The position numbers and the translations under genes are program-made. A stretch of 64,000 nucleotides of DNA, from contig NC_087436.1 of the NCBI RefSeq assembly GCF_036321535.1, positions 102,612,001-102,676,000 on the forward strand. Direction: 5' to 3'. Positions 39,331 through 52,099 of the stretch are shown here, one piece after another; positions within the stretch are counted from its first letter, which is position 1, and each line of letters opens with the position of its first letter. Source of the DNA: Camelus dromedarius. Taxonomy: Eukaryota. The notes under the pieces were generated by a model, which searched no databases, was not told where the DNA came from, and was given only the letters and a program-made list of their open reading frames with translations.

Positions 39331-40520
39331 GTCTCTCCAGTAAAATCATCTATTGTTGGATTATTTTTTTGAAAGGGATTCAAATTATGAATTCATTTTC
39401 CTTAATAGTTATAAGGGCTATTCAGATTATTTATTTAATATTCCATGAGTCTAGTAATTAGTTCTTTACAAAGGATTATTTCATTTCATCTGAGTTGTCA
39501 GATTTATATTTTGGAATTGTTCAGAATTATTATTCATTTGAGGTCTGTGGGGTCTCCAGTGATATCTCTCTTTTTTTTTTAACTCCTGATAGTCATAATT
39601 TTTATCTTTTTCTTTTTCCTTGTCAGTTTTACTAGAATCTTACTTACTTTTCAATTTTATTAATCTTTTAATGAACCAGCTCTTTGTTTTCTTAAGTTTC
39701 TGTATTTTTCTGTTTGTTTGTTTTCAATTTTAATAAGTTCTGTTCTTTATTATTTCTTTATTTTGCTTGGTTTGAGTTTAGTTTTCCTTTTTTCTAGTTT
39801 CATGAGGTAAGAGTTAAAACTACTGATCTGAGACTTTTCCTTGTTTCTAATGCATGCATTAATGCTGTAAATTTACCTCTTGGCACTGATTTAACTTTCC
39901 ACAATTATAATATGAGTATTTTCATTTTCTTGAGTTCCATGTACTTTTTTAAATTTCCCTTTAAGACTTCTTCTTTGATTCATAGATTATTTAGTAGTGT
40001 GTGGTTCTGTTTGGAAGTGTTTGGGTATTTTCTTTAATTTTTTTGTTTTTAAATTTGATATCATTGTCACTGGAGAACACTGCATGATAAAAATAATTCA
40101 AAATTTTTTCAAGTTTGTTTTATGGCACTATATAAAATCTATCTTCCTATGTCTTCTGGGGCAATTGATAATTATTATATATATTCTGCTCTTTTTGGTG
40201 GAGTGCTCTATAATTCTTAATCCCATGCTATTGGTTGATGGTGTTCTTAAATTCATCTAAATCCTTGCTAATTTTGACTATTGTTTAGAAGGATATTGGC
40301 TTTCCAAATTTAACTGTGTATTTGTCTATGTCTCCTTTCAGTTCTACCAACTGTGGTTTCACATATATTGCAGTTCGGCTAGGTCTTCCAGATGTAATTA
40401 CTATTATATTATAAATGCCCCTCTCTGTCTCTGGTAATTTTCTTTAACCTGAAGTCTACTGTATCTGATATTAATATAGCCACTCCTATTTTTTTGAATA
40501 AATATAACATTTCATATTTG
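39331..40520 (-). mobile_element. Old L1 ORF2 endonuclease-region fragment
   Basis: Minus-strand peptide GVAILISDTVDFRLKKITRDREGH (ORF 40409-40603) matches the L1 endonuclease motif GVAILISDK. Confidence 0.85.
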
Positions 40521-42699
40521 TATCTGTTGCCTGCATATAGTATTATAAAATAGCCTAAGTCCTTAGAAGGGATCATCCTACCAATTTCCAAGGAAACAAT
40601 CATTTCTGTTGTGCTGGGTGAAGATTACCCCCATGGGGATACAGACATTTATTTCCTAAAATTGACTCATCTGTTCTTTGTTTCTCTTCTTAAAGATCAT
40701 GGGGCACTGAGTGCTTTTGATGTGGGTTCTCAGGTTAACTGAAAGGAAGTTTTGATCACATGCTCAATTTCTTAAACCTTATTTGTACACGTTTTGAAAA
40801 TTCAAATTGTTACGGCCTCATTCTTCAGTTAGAGTTGTAGTAATCTCAATAGGTAACTATGTCTTAGTTTTCACTGTGGTATGTGGATAGAAAATCAGCA
40901 ATTACTTCTGTAACCCTTTCCAAAGAGGGTCACTGTCTCCTTACATAAATATATAATAAATTATGAGTTTCCCTTTGGAAAAGAAGCTGTATCCATCTTG
41001 ACTGGTCCATAGAGGACATGAATTAAAGTCACTGATCAAAAAACAGAGTCACATACCAAGTGTTTAAAGATTTTGTCCATTAGTTTCCTGTAGAAAATAA
41101 CCCTGGGAATTAACCCCTGTAGTTTATAATTCTGCCTATTGCTTATTGTTCATAGATTTATTATATATTTAATTTTTAAATTTATAGTAATAATACATGA
41201 ATGCACATACCTGTTACAAATACTCAAAGCAGCCGGAAAGTACACATAGTCACCTTGGTTTTTTCCCATTTCATTCTCTTTCACAATCCAATATCCCTCC
41301 CAAAGTGTCTTTTAAAATACAGTGTTGATACTTCAGTGCATTTTTCTTTACTTTAAACAAATGTTCAAGTTGTCTGTTTGAAAACAAATAGTATCTCTCA
41401 TTGCCAGATGACATTCAGAGTTAGCAACAACTGATACAGGATGACCACCAATTAAAAAGAACACAGACCACATACAACTAAAAGAGCTAGAATAAGGCAC
41501 ATGAGCTGAATACAGGGCGCATATATTATCACTTTTGAACATTTTCAAATATAGATGTGAGATCTTCTTTGCATATTCATTCGTTGTTCTTTTAGCCTTA
41601 AAAATTCCCTCTAAGCTCATGAGATGAAAACATAATTTCCAAAAAGTGTACATCGGTCAGAACTGGTTTGACTAAATTGTGCAACAGTCCATGTGGTCTC
41701 CATCTTTGACCGGGCTACTTAGGTTTACATCAAAGTTACCATCTGGATCTAAAGGAGATCCCTAATTTTATTTTTCTTTCCCTATTGATATGTCTTTTTC
41801 AACAGATGTCATTAAAATCCGATATTACTTTCCCATTGCTTCTGAGATCCTTACATTCTTCAATTGAAAGGCTACCTAGGACCAGATTAAACTTTATAGT
41901 TCTCAACTTCTCTTGGACATGTCCTCTCAACCTGACCAGAAGCTTAACAAGATTTTCAGTAAAGGGGTTTATCTCTGTGATTAAATTTGGAGTGATCAAA
42001 AAATCAGGTATGTTTTTTCAGAAGCACTCCTCAGACCCATTAAAATAGCCTTCAGGACCTGGATTAAACTAGTCCTATAGCATACTCTATTTAAATAAAT
42101 AGCTTGCTTAATCAAATAATAGCTCCCCTAAAGAGCTCACTCATTGAATGAACCCTTTTCCTCTTAGGATTCTCTTCACTGCACCCTGATGTAATTTCTT
42201 TGCAAACTGCCTCTGGCAGTATTTTTTTCTTTTGTCTTAATGTAGGGATTTTAAATTTTTATGTTCATTCACCATAGTCTTCGGTGATTCCTCACCAAAG
42301 GATTTTCTGTTGAGAAATAGTTTACCCTATGGGAATCAACCATCCTCTCTACCTGACCTAATGTAGCTAGGCAATAATTTTAAATAAGATAATATTGTGT
42401 ATACACAGGGCCAGCCAACAGCAACAATTGATCAGATAACTCCCATTCCTTAAACTATTTTTGATTGACTATTAATCAGGGCATTTATTCAGGTGAGTGG
42501 ATTTTTACTAAACACTCTGGAAGAACACATTTATCCAAAGGACTGTTTGACTCTACAGCACTATTTGCCTGCAAATCCAGTTAAGTCAAACCTCTCAGAA
42601 GAATCTCCAACACTTCAGATTCAGCCATGAGCAGATTCACTCTGGAGCTCATTTGGTTTGTATACATTTATTTTTTTCTTTGTTTTGACCACAACTTCC

Positions 42700-42850
42700 T
42701 CCCAGTGGTGTAAATTTCACTAACTAATGTAACCTTTTGGAATTTCTGTTTCCCAGTCAATAAAATAGTAGCAATCTTCTATAGTTTACAATGTTGTTAC
42801 AAGGATTCATTATGCGCAAAACAGTGCATCATGCCTAGAAAATGTCTAAG
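42700..42850 (+). mobile_element. MIR SINE
   Basis: aacctttt..ctgtttcc..taaaatag, gttgttacaaggatt. Confidence 0.5.
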
Positions 42851-43369
42851 GAATCGTGGATCTCTTCCCCCCAAACCTATTTATCTATTCATACTCTCCC
42901 TCCCACTCCCTCATCTCTCTTTTTCCTAGTTCTTTTCTCTCTTCTTCATGTAATCAGTGAAGAATCATTTTTGCTTCCTCCTACTTTTGAGTTTGTATTT
43001 TTAGTAAAATTCACGAGGTAAAATGACACAGGAAGATTGGCTATTTGCGATGATATTATATATGTGAACAGTTCAGCAAACTGCCTCTTGGTTTTTGCTC
43101 TGTGTCATGACAAAGAAAGAATCAAATTCATTCAAGTTGTGGTTGATGTTGGTGGTTGCTGTTGTCATTGTTATGGTATGATTGTTGTTGCACGTGAGGG
43201 ATTCTTGATAATTTTGTTTTACTTGTGTTTTTACCCAAGGGAGCATCTTTGTGACATTCTCTTTTCAAAAATATTACTCCTGAAATTAGCTGACATTTTG
43301 CCACAATATTTGACTAATCACTTACAACTGTTCTTTTTTAACTGTTATTGCTATTGTCTTTGGGATTAA

Positions 43370-43570
43370 TAGTAATAGTGGATTTCCTACATTTATTTAT
43401 TGTATAATATAATCCAGGCACTATGCCAAGAACATCACTTATGCTGCAGCGTTTAATCCCTCAAGAATTTAAGAAAGCAGAAGCTGAGACCTAGAGAGAT
43501 TAAATATATTTTAACTAAAACTGCATAGGTAATGAGTGGCACAACCAGAATTGCAACCCAGGACTGTCAT
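43370..43570 (-). mobile_element. MIR SINE
   Basis: ccaggcactatgccaag, tttaatccc, agctgagacctagagagattaa, aacccaggactgtc. Confidence 0.65.
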
Positions 43571-43639
43571 CGTCAATCAACCTTTTAAAAGGATCACGTG
43601 GTTTCTACATTGCAGCACTTGTAATAAAGGGTACTCCAC

Positions 43640-44250
43640 TTAACTCCTTTGTCTCCTTCATCTTAACTACTCCACTTCTAATTTCCTCCATCCATGTTTC
43701 ATACATATCCAAAGTGATGCATTTAAAATATAAATCTTATTATGGCTTTTCTTTTTGTATCTCCTAAAATCCATCTATGGCTCCTCACTGTTTCAGCATA
43801 AAGTCAGGTCTCCAAATCAGGGCTGGCTCTCTTTATACAATGTTCTCCATGTGCCAGTTTAAGCTATTTGCACTTCTTCCCCCACAATCATGACTCTTCA
43901 AGAAGCTGGCTGAGATTTATACATGTTGCTCTCTTTCTGTATTTCTCTTTCATCTCTCAGTCCCTAATACCTACTCATCCTTCAAGACTAAGCCCGTCTA
44001 TTACCCACTCATGATGTTTTCTTTGATTCACCCGGGCTGAGAGAGGTGTCCCATAACTGGTTGCTCTCAGAAGCAACCACTGGAGCAAATTGCCACTATA
44101 GTATGCGTTTTACTGTTGGTATATTTGTCTGTTTTATAGAAGAGGATATGATCTGCTTGAAGGCAGGATTGTGTTTTATTCTCAGCGTAATGCCTGCCGC
44201 AGAGCTGGAGTTTACGAAACAATCAGTTGATTAGAATTGAATGAAATTAA
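43640..44250 (+). mobile_element. L2 LINE 3' region
   Basis: cctactcatccttcaagact, cttgaaggcaggattgtgttttattc, gaattgaatgaa. Confidence 0.7.
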
Positions 44251-47200
44251 AAGACTCCTGGAAAAAAAGGCATTGCAAATCAAAAATGTCAATTATGTCC
44301 CCGGTTCCACATCAGACTGCGTAGGGCCTGGTTCTCCAGGATTTCTCGCTAAGCCTGGAGCCACTCTGATGCTGTGTGGTGGGCAGGAAGGCTCTGCCTC
44401 CACCAGTGGCTAAGAGCTTGCTGTTCCCGACTCAAGGGTGTCAAGGGTAGTGACAGAAATAGTAACAAACTTCAAATTTTCAGAAAAATCAGCCATGACC
44501 TTGAACATCAAGATGACCAGAGGCATCAAAAGGATCCTTATAAAATCTGAATCAGTCATAAAGAACCCAGGAACTACTGCATAAAAGAAATAGCATCAGA
44601 GAAGATGCAGGCTTAACTACTTTTGTGGTGCAGTCTTCAAATCTGATGTCACTCATTCTCAATGTATCGAGAATGCAATCCTAAAAACGGCTACCAAATA
44701 TTATGATTACTACATGTTTTAAATATAGTTAATTACTTTTCATTCTTATCAAGCAAAAACATCTTGAGGCATTAACTAAAGTTCCCACTTCAACTTCTAT
44801 CCTTTCAGCTGAAGTAAAACGCAACTGTCGGTAGGTATGGGTGTTGGGTATAATTACACACAGGTCTACTAGAGTAGAAGAAGGCCAGATTTCCCCCTGC
44901 CTAATAATTCTCATTATTCCGTTCTGGTCCTGTCCAAGTCCCTTAGGATAATTTTGAGAAGGAGAGTCCAAATGGACACCACACTTCTTCCTAATAGGAA
45001 GATGATTTCTCTAACTGAAGTTTACTCTGCTCTCTGTCACTGACTTTAATCTACTTGCAAGGGATGGTGAAGGAGATATTTATAACATCCCACTTTCTGA
45101 GTTTCTACATTCAACTTTTCCGTTATAGAATAGATGGCAAGCAGGCTGTACTTCAGGCAACTGCCAGTGGAACCCTGTGGAACTCATCACACTGGTTTGC
45201 ATTAATTAATGCAGGAGTAAGAAAGACTGGAAAGTTGGCAATCTAGCATTTCTGAAGCTTAAAATCCCGTAGACAGTAAATTCATATCTCAAATTGGTAT
45301 ATTAGGTTATCAAAGAAATTTTAAAAACCTGAGGACTGAGAATAAGCAGAATCTACACCTGGCAAGATCTGCACTTGCATGCTAATGTATTCACGGAAGA
45401 ATTTTGTTTACAGGTTGCTACAGATAATGTGCTCTAGACAGGCTATTATTATTATTATTTTCTTGAGACCATGGTAGATGATTTGTTTAGTTTTGACATA
45501 AGTTGGATTATTTGGATTCCACAATCCTACATTTCATATGCAGTGCTACATCTTCTTAGAACAAACTCAGTAAAGACAGATTTAATATGGATTTGCACCT
45601 AGCAGTCTGTCAGCATTCTTGAATATTTTATTATCAGAACTAACAATAATAATTTTCCAAGTCCCAAGTGTAGGCTGGTAGCTGAGCTGAAATCACATTT
45701 AAGAATGATCTATACCTTTTTAGGTCAACATCTAAATGAGAAGAAAAAGAAAAGGCGAAGGCATGGGACTTGAGACCATGAAATGTGCCAGCCAGTGATT
45801 ATATACCCTTTCGTCTCCTGTGGCCTGACAGATTCAAGCTTGTTCTACCTGGTTTTAGGCAAATATTTGTAGGACTGAGGTTTTGAGCGTGCATACTTTC
45901 AAAATGTCTACCATGTGTGCTCCTAATGAGAGTATCTCCCCACTGACATTAGGTGTTGAGGTTTAAAACAGCAGTTAGGAACAGAATGTCCTACGGTAAA
46001 TTCGGGGGAACAAAGGTAATTCCTTGGTTTCAGTTTCAGTTGGACTTCATGCATAAATAGGCTGCCCATTATAACCAAATTCAAGTCAAAGATAGAGGCT
46101 CTTGTTTTACAACCTCTTCAAAGAGGTTCACAACTAGAGAAAAACTGTTCTCTGGTTGTGGTTACCAACCTCAATCTTTAATAAAACACATTAGTGCTGG
46201 AGGGGGATTCCAAGAAGGCCAGATATCTCAGCCTTTGAGAAAACTGAAAATACACAAACAAGATAGCAAATACCAAAAGACAGAACACAGAAAAAGAACA
46301 TTATTTTTTAACTGACTGGCACTTCTCTTTTTCCCAGCTCTTTGGCTGTACATGGATTACTTCTTCAAATGAGTTTACAACATTGTTTTTTACACTTAAA
46401 ATACAAAGATAATGTAGACTGTCCTCTTCTGAGGCTGATCAAAATTTGTGTTTTTTTAGAGATAACAAAACGTGGTAAATTTCCTTCACTTTGTAATTCT
46501 ACTGTAGATGAGATGTGTACTTTAAAAAATGCTATCAAATCAGGAAAACCTCTATCAAAAAAAGAACTTCTGTGTAATTAGATATTTAATGTAACTAAAT
46601 TGATCACTTATTATCTTACATGTCTGATGATTGGAGAAGGCTCAAGAACTTCTGCCTCTGGACATTTCCAACTTTGTTTTTTCTCCATCAGCTGTATACT
46701 TTGCAGTTACACCTCAGGTCATAATCTTAGAGTCTTAATATACTGAATCAACACAGTGCCTGTTACAAGTGTTCTTAGGAGTCATACCTATACCAGGATG
46801 GCTAGCTGACTATGCATACATGGACCACATAAATATACCCTATTAAATTTAAATTAAATGAATCTCCAACTCAACATCTCTTTACTTTAATCAAGGAAAA
46901 AATATCCCAAGACCACTCTGACAGCAGAAAATAAAGGGAACTTGGAGTAGGGGATAGTATTCTTAACTGATCAGCTAAAATATTGTATTTTAAGAGCTTG
47001 CAAATAAACACAACCCACTCATTGCTAAGGTCCTGACAAGGTTTTGGAAGGGGTCCATTCGAGTGGAGCCCTGAAATTGATGCTTTATTAATTTCAGAGT
47101 AAATCCATTTCTCTTGCTGTGTTTTATTCAGGAACTACCTGGTAGGGTTAAAGGAGAGAGAGTGAAATAGGAATAAGATAATATAGTTGATGAAGAGTGG

Positions 47201-50200
47201 GAAAATGAAAAACATCAAGACTTGATAGAGTGCAAAGAACTCTCAACTAGGAATAATCATCATAAACATAACAATAATAATACCTAAAAGTTTTGTGGCA
47301 TTTATTATATGCCAGTGTGTTTTTCTGTCTCAGAGAAAAGGCTCTATAATTGTTAGCTGTAATCACTAGCTATAACTATAATTAGAACATCTTAAGAACT
47401 CTTAAGTTCATCTGTCATTTTACAAGCATCAAACCCCTGGTTTGTAATTGAGAGTATATCAGATAACATCTATATTTTATGGGTAATTTAAGTGCTTTTT
47501 AAGGGATGTATTTACTGTTACTTTTGTCTAGGCAATGACTGGAGTCGTTAATACTAGCATATGTCACAACTCCAGTGTCTATGGATTATTTAGATCCTTT
47601 GAAGATAGTTACATTTTCCAGAAATGTTCCGTTGAATCAAATTGACCCACGGAAGAGATTAAGCAGCATGACAAACCATCGAGATGCCAAATGATTGTCT
47701 TCATAAAGCACAGCTCTGAGCAATCTGCCTTTCTCTAAGGACAGTGCAAATCACACGCACTCAGGTTCCTTTCTTACACGGGCGATTGCCATGCTTAAAA
47801 AGTGTTTTTACTCTCTGCCTCAGCGCGCTCTAACACAACATTGTGAATCACAAAATGAAAATTTAAAAAACATTTTTTAAAAATTGTATTGTTTGAAATA
47901 ACAAACATGGCTCAGGATAAAGGGGCCTTGACATTTCGTTAGCTGGGCATAAATTCAATTGGGTAAAGCATGTATCTCTGTGTAACGTTTTTTTCCTCTG
48001 TTTTTTGTTTGTTTTGTTTTGTTTGTTATTCGGAGATGGGATTAGAGTGGGGCTGTGGCTGTGCTATCTGATCAACTTAGCAAACAGTGAGGTAATGGTG
48101 AAGTTTGTGACTTTTTCTGTCACTACATAAGTAAAATTTATGCAAGGTATACATCCTCCTAAAGTCCATGTTTATTGAAAAGAAAAAAAATACCTAATGT
48201 CTATAGAATCTTAAATATTCTGGAAAACAAAATTAAATAAAAATTGGGGGGGAAAATTTACTTTAAATAATACAGAAAAAAAAAAAATTCCCCACTGTTG
48301 ATTTCTATGCCCAGAACCACCAACACAGGATTAAAACAAAGATAATGATAATAACAATAATCATAATGCTATTTACTCTTTTATTAATATGGTTTTATAG
48401 TGCAGATGCTTACTTGAGAGCTGACTGTCCCTCAAATGCTAAACAGCAGACAAGAACAAAATCCAAAGCCCCTTTAGCTGTACCAGTGATATTTTTACAG
48501 TTCAAGACTTTACTGGCAATCGGATGCACATGAAATTGCCATGTAGCTCACTGTTTTTAGCATGTGATTTTAACAATAAAAGAAGTGACTTCTATTCAAG
48601 CACATTTTGACAATTTCTCAGAAAAGTAATGCTCGGGGAAAGAATTATTCTTGAGACTGTGAGCATTCACCATGTATGTACTAGTCAGGACCCACAGACG
48701 CTTAAGTGTCTTGCACTCCTCTCACCTTTGAGGAAAACAGTTTAAAATATCCACATGGAGCAATGGACCTGACAGATGAGTCGTGCTTGCCTTTCACAAG
48801 CATAATTGAGGGCTAGGTTTGTGGGAAAGGCTATCAAAATGCTATTTCTCTTGGATTAAAATTTGGGGTTAATTGAACATGCTAGACACAGTTTCTATGT
48901 TCATAGAAACACTGATGGGTCATTTATGGTGCAACATCTTGCTTGATAAATATATATAGCGGTTTTGTGTTGTCTCTGATATAACAAAAACGTTAAGAGT
49001 CAGTGATGAGATTATAAGTTTATTGAAATTGCAGACTCCTAGTGAAAGACACTGGAGCCTGGTGTCTTGCTTCTATATTAAAATTTGTGAGAGTATCTCC
49101 CAAAAACCCTTTCTTACCCCTCACACCATACTCCTATTAAGTGGGATTTTTATTGGATTTTAGTGGAGGTTTTTTTATATTATTATTGCCATTGAACTGT
49201 TAAAAATATCACTTTCCCCAAATGCAGCATTAGGCAGAGAGGAGTACCAGAGGGGACTGCTGGTACGTTCACTTTTGGTTCCTATCTTGTGTTCTTTTAT
49301 AAAGGAGAGCATCCAAGCCATAGAATTCCCCAAAGTATAATCATAGGGAAGAAGATACGGTAAAAAGTTAATAGCAAAATCACCTCCCTTCTACCAAAAG
49401 GAAGTTCTACTTTCCCGGATATTCAGATAACTGTACTCTGAGTCAGGGTGGTTACAGGTTCAGCACATCAGAAAGGGAGGGGTCGAATATGTGAGAACAA
49501 ATGCCCCTAATGCTATGTTAAAAAAACAAACAAACGAAAAACACCTTTAAAACTTCAATTCATCTCATTATGTTCTACTAGGTCTCATTTTGGAACATAA
49601 ACGTTGTGATCCACTTTAGAACATAACATCTTTATAATGTTATATAGTATCCTTATAATGTTACAGAGATTTGTAAAGTACATACAGTTAGTTCTTCTGG
49701 CTCACTTGAAATTGCTAATAAGCCAGCCCCAGGTCCCCCGAGGTTTAACACTTTGAAACAGAATGGCCTTAAGCCGTTAAGAATTTGGAGGGGAAAACAC
49801 GTAAGTTATGCCCCCTACCTCTGAAAGACCAAATCCAAATGCCAAGGTCATAGACCCCTGGAACCACTGCACCATCACAGATGAACCATCACAAAGTCTA
49901 ACTCACCTGAGTAGATGTAGGACACACCACACCATGTAGCACTAGCTATCGTGAAATATCAAAATTTCTCCTCATCCCTTTCAACCAAGTAAAGAAAACA
50001 AGACAGAATATTTTCAGTAACTTTTACATTTTAATTTTTCATTAACTAATTTGATTCAAAGTTCTCAGCCAGAGCCACTAAATTAATAATAATGAAGGCC
50101 TTCAGACTAGATGTGATCTGGAAGATCAAAAGGAGTCAACATCCCTAACAAGTCACAGACACCAGCATCAGCCACTTAGCACACGGCAGTGCTAAAAATA

Positions 50201-51774
50201 TTAATGCCATGATAAATATTTAAATTTAATATTTAAGTTTAGCTTGTTGAAGAAACGGCTGAAACATGTAAAGCAGAAAGAACTTCTCTGACTGGGAACA
50301 GTAAGAAAAATATGAGATAATAGGAGAAAGATGCTAAAAGAAGTCTCCTATAGCAACACTTAGACTTCAAAGTTTTACAGGCTTTGTAGTCCATTTTGGA
50401 TGAATAAATTTAAAGTGTACAGGGAATAGGGACAAGGATAGATTGGTGCAATTGAAGGAAATGCAAACAAAGATGCTATAAAGAATATTTATGAAGGTTT
50501 CTGCAGAGAATGCATTGCAATGTAATGCCTCATAGATGCATTTCCAAATGTAAAAGTCAAACCAGCAACAAAAATAAATACTAATGAATAACACTAAATA
50601 GCTGGTCATACTGAATTCCCATTAACTGCTGAAATTAATGTTTTCTAACCATTTCCAGGACTCCGGAGCTTTTGTTGTGTCTTTATTGTACTAATTTCCA
50701 AAACACAAAGTAAAACAACAAACAACAAGATGAAGAACAACCTTAAGATGATTTTTTTTTTTTTGAAAAATGGCATTTTTGTGTGTGTGCCTCCAAATGT
50801 GGTGACTTCAGTTCAGATTATACTTACTACCGCTATAAACAATTATTATTTCAGTGATCCTACCACGCATGGAACAGGGCTGTAAGAAAGTGCTGTGATG
50901 CCAAATTACTGGCAAATTACTGGTTTTCTTATTGTGTCTAGTTTTGTTATATTATTATTATGTGTCAAAGTAAATGATTCCTTAATAAATGAAACTTACA
51001 AATAGCAAGAACTCATTTTGGGTTTTGATTTTATTATAAATCTGTAAGTAATAAGCCAGGTTGATTAGAGTTTTAATTTCTCTCCTTTCACATGCTGGAG
51101 AAGCTGCTTAAATGAGCAGAAGCAGTGAGAAGGCAAAGAAATCAATGCAACCAGAATATCTTGATAATCATGAGGAGTCAAAATGAGCATCGTGGCCAAT
51201 CCAGGAAATTTTTTTTATTTTTTGAAAACTCCCTTTAATCAAGCCAAAGTTATATGTTTGATTTTTTTTTCCATGAAACTTCTCTTAAAATATTTTAATT
51301 CATTTCCAAATTGGGAGTGTTAACAGCACAGCTACTCATATTACATTTCTAATTAAAATCCCAGTATGTTATTTGTATAACCATGACCTAAATTTCAGTG
51401 TCCTCTTTACATGTTTAATGAACAACATACTTTTAGTGTCTTGCCTCAGAATAGTTTCTGATGCATTTAATATCAACTGAGAACATTTTTAAAGAAAAAA
51501 AAAAGTACCATTTGCAGACTTTAACCCAAATAGTGTAGATTTGCAGGGACATTCGAATGGAGTGGTGGCTCTAACTCCTGATTCTGGTGTCTCTGAAATG
51601 TGTGACAATAAACATATTTCGCTTCGGTGGGCTTCAACGACAGCTGTTTGTCTAGCAGAACCAACACATTCTCAGTTGAGTGTAAGGGGCGCGCTGAGCA
51701 GCGGCCAAGGAGTGCACTGCCAAATGCTGAAGAATCAAGGGGAGACTGCTGATTGTGTTTCAGGATTCCACGGG

Positions 51775-52099
51775 TGCCTTAGTCTGTTCATGCTGCTATA
51801 AAAATGTCATAAACTGGGTGGCTCACAAACAAATATTTATTTCTCACAGTTCTGGAGACTGAAAAGCCCAAGACCATGGTCAGTATCTGGTGCGAGATTG
51901 AAGCGCCTTGTCCCAGAGTCCTCACGTGGTAAAAGGGCCAGGGAGCGCTCCAGAGCCTCTTTGTAAGAACGTTAATTCTACTTATGGGGGCTCTGCCCTC
52001 AGGAACTAATCACCTCACAAAGGCCCCTCCTCAAAATATCATCACGTTGAATATAAGTTTTCAGTGCTTGAAAAGGGACACAAAGACGCCTCCCTAGCC
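51775..52099 (-). mobile_element. MaLR LTR (MLT1A-like) with TSD
   Basis: tgccttagtc..gctgctata, tttatttctcacagttctggagactg, ctaatcacctc..aaaggccc; ccacggg repeated at 51768-51774 and 52098-52104. Confidence 0.88.

Noticed and set aside
46960..47115. Possible hAT-Tip100-like remnant
   Set aside because: Only one short terminal-like motif recognised.
48891..48910. Hairpin gtttctatg-tt-catagaaac
   Set aside because: A 9-bp stem is too short for a pre-miRNA or MITE and is plausible by chance.
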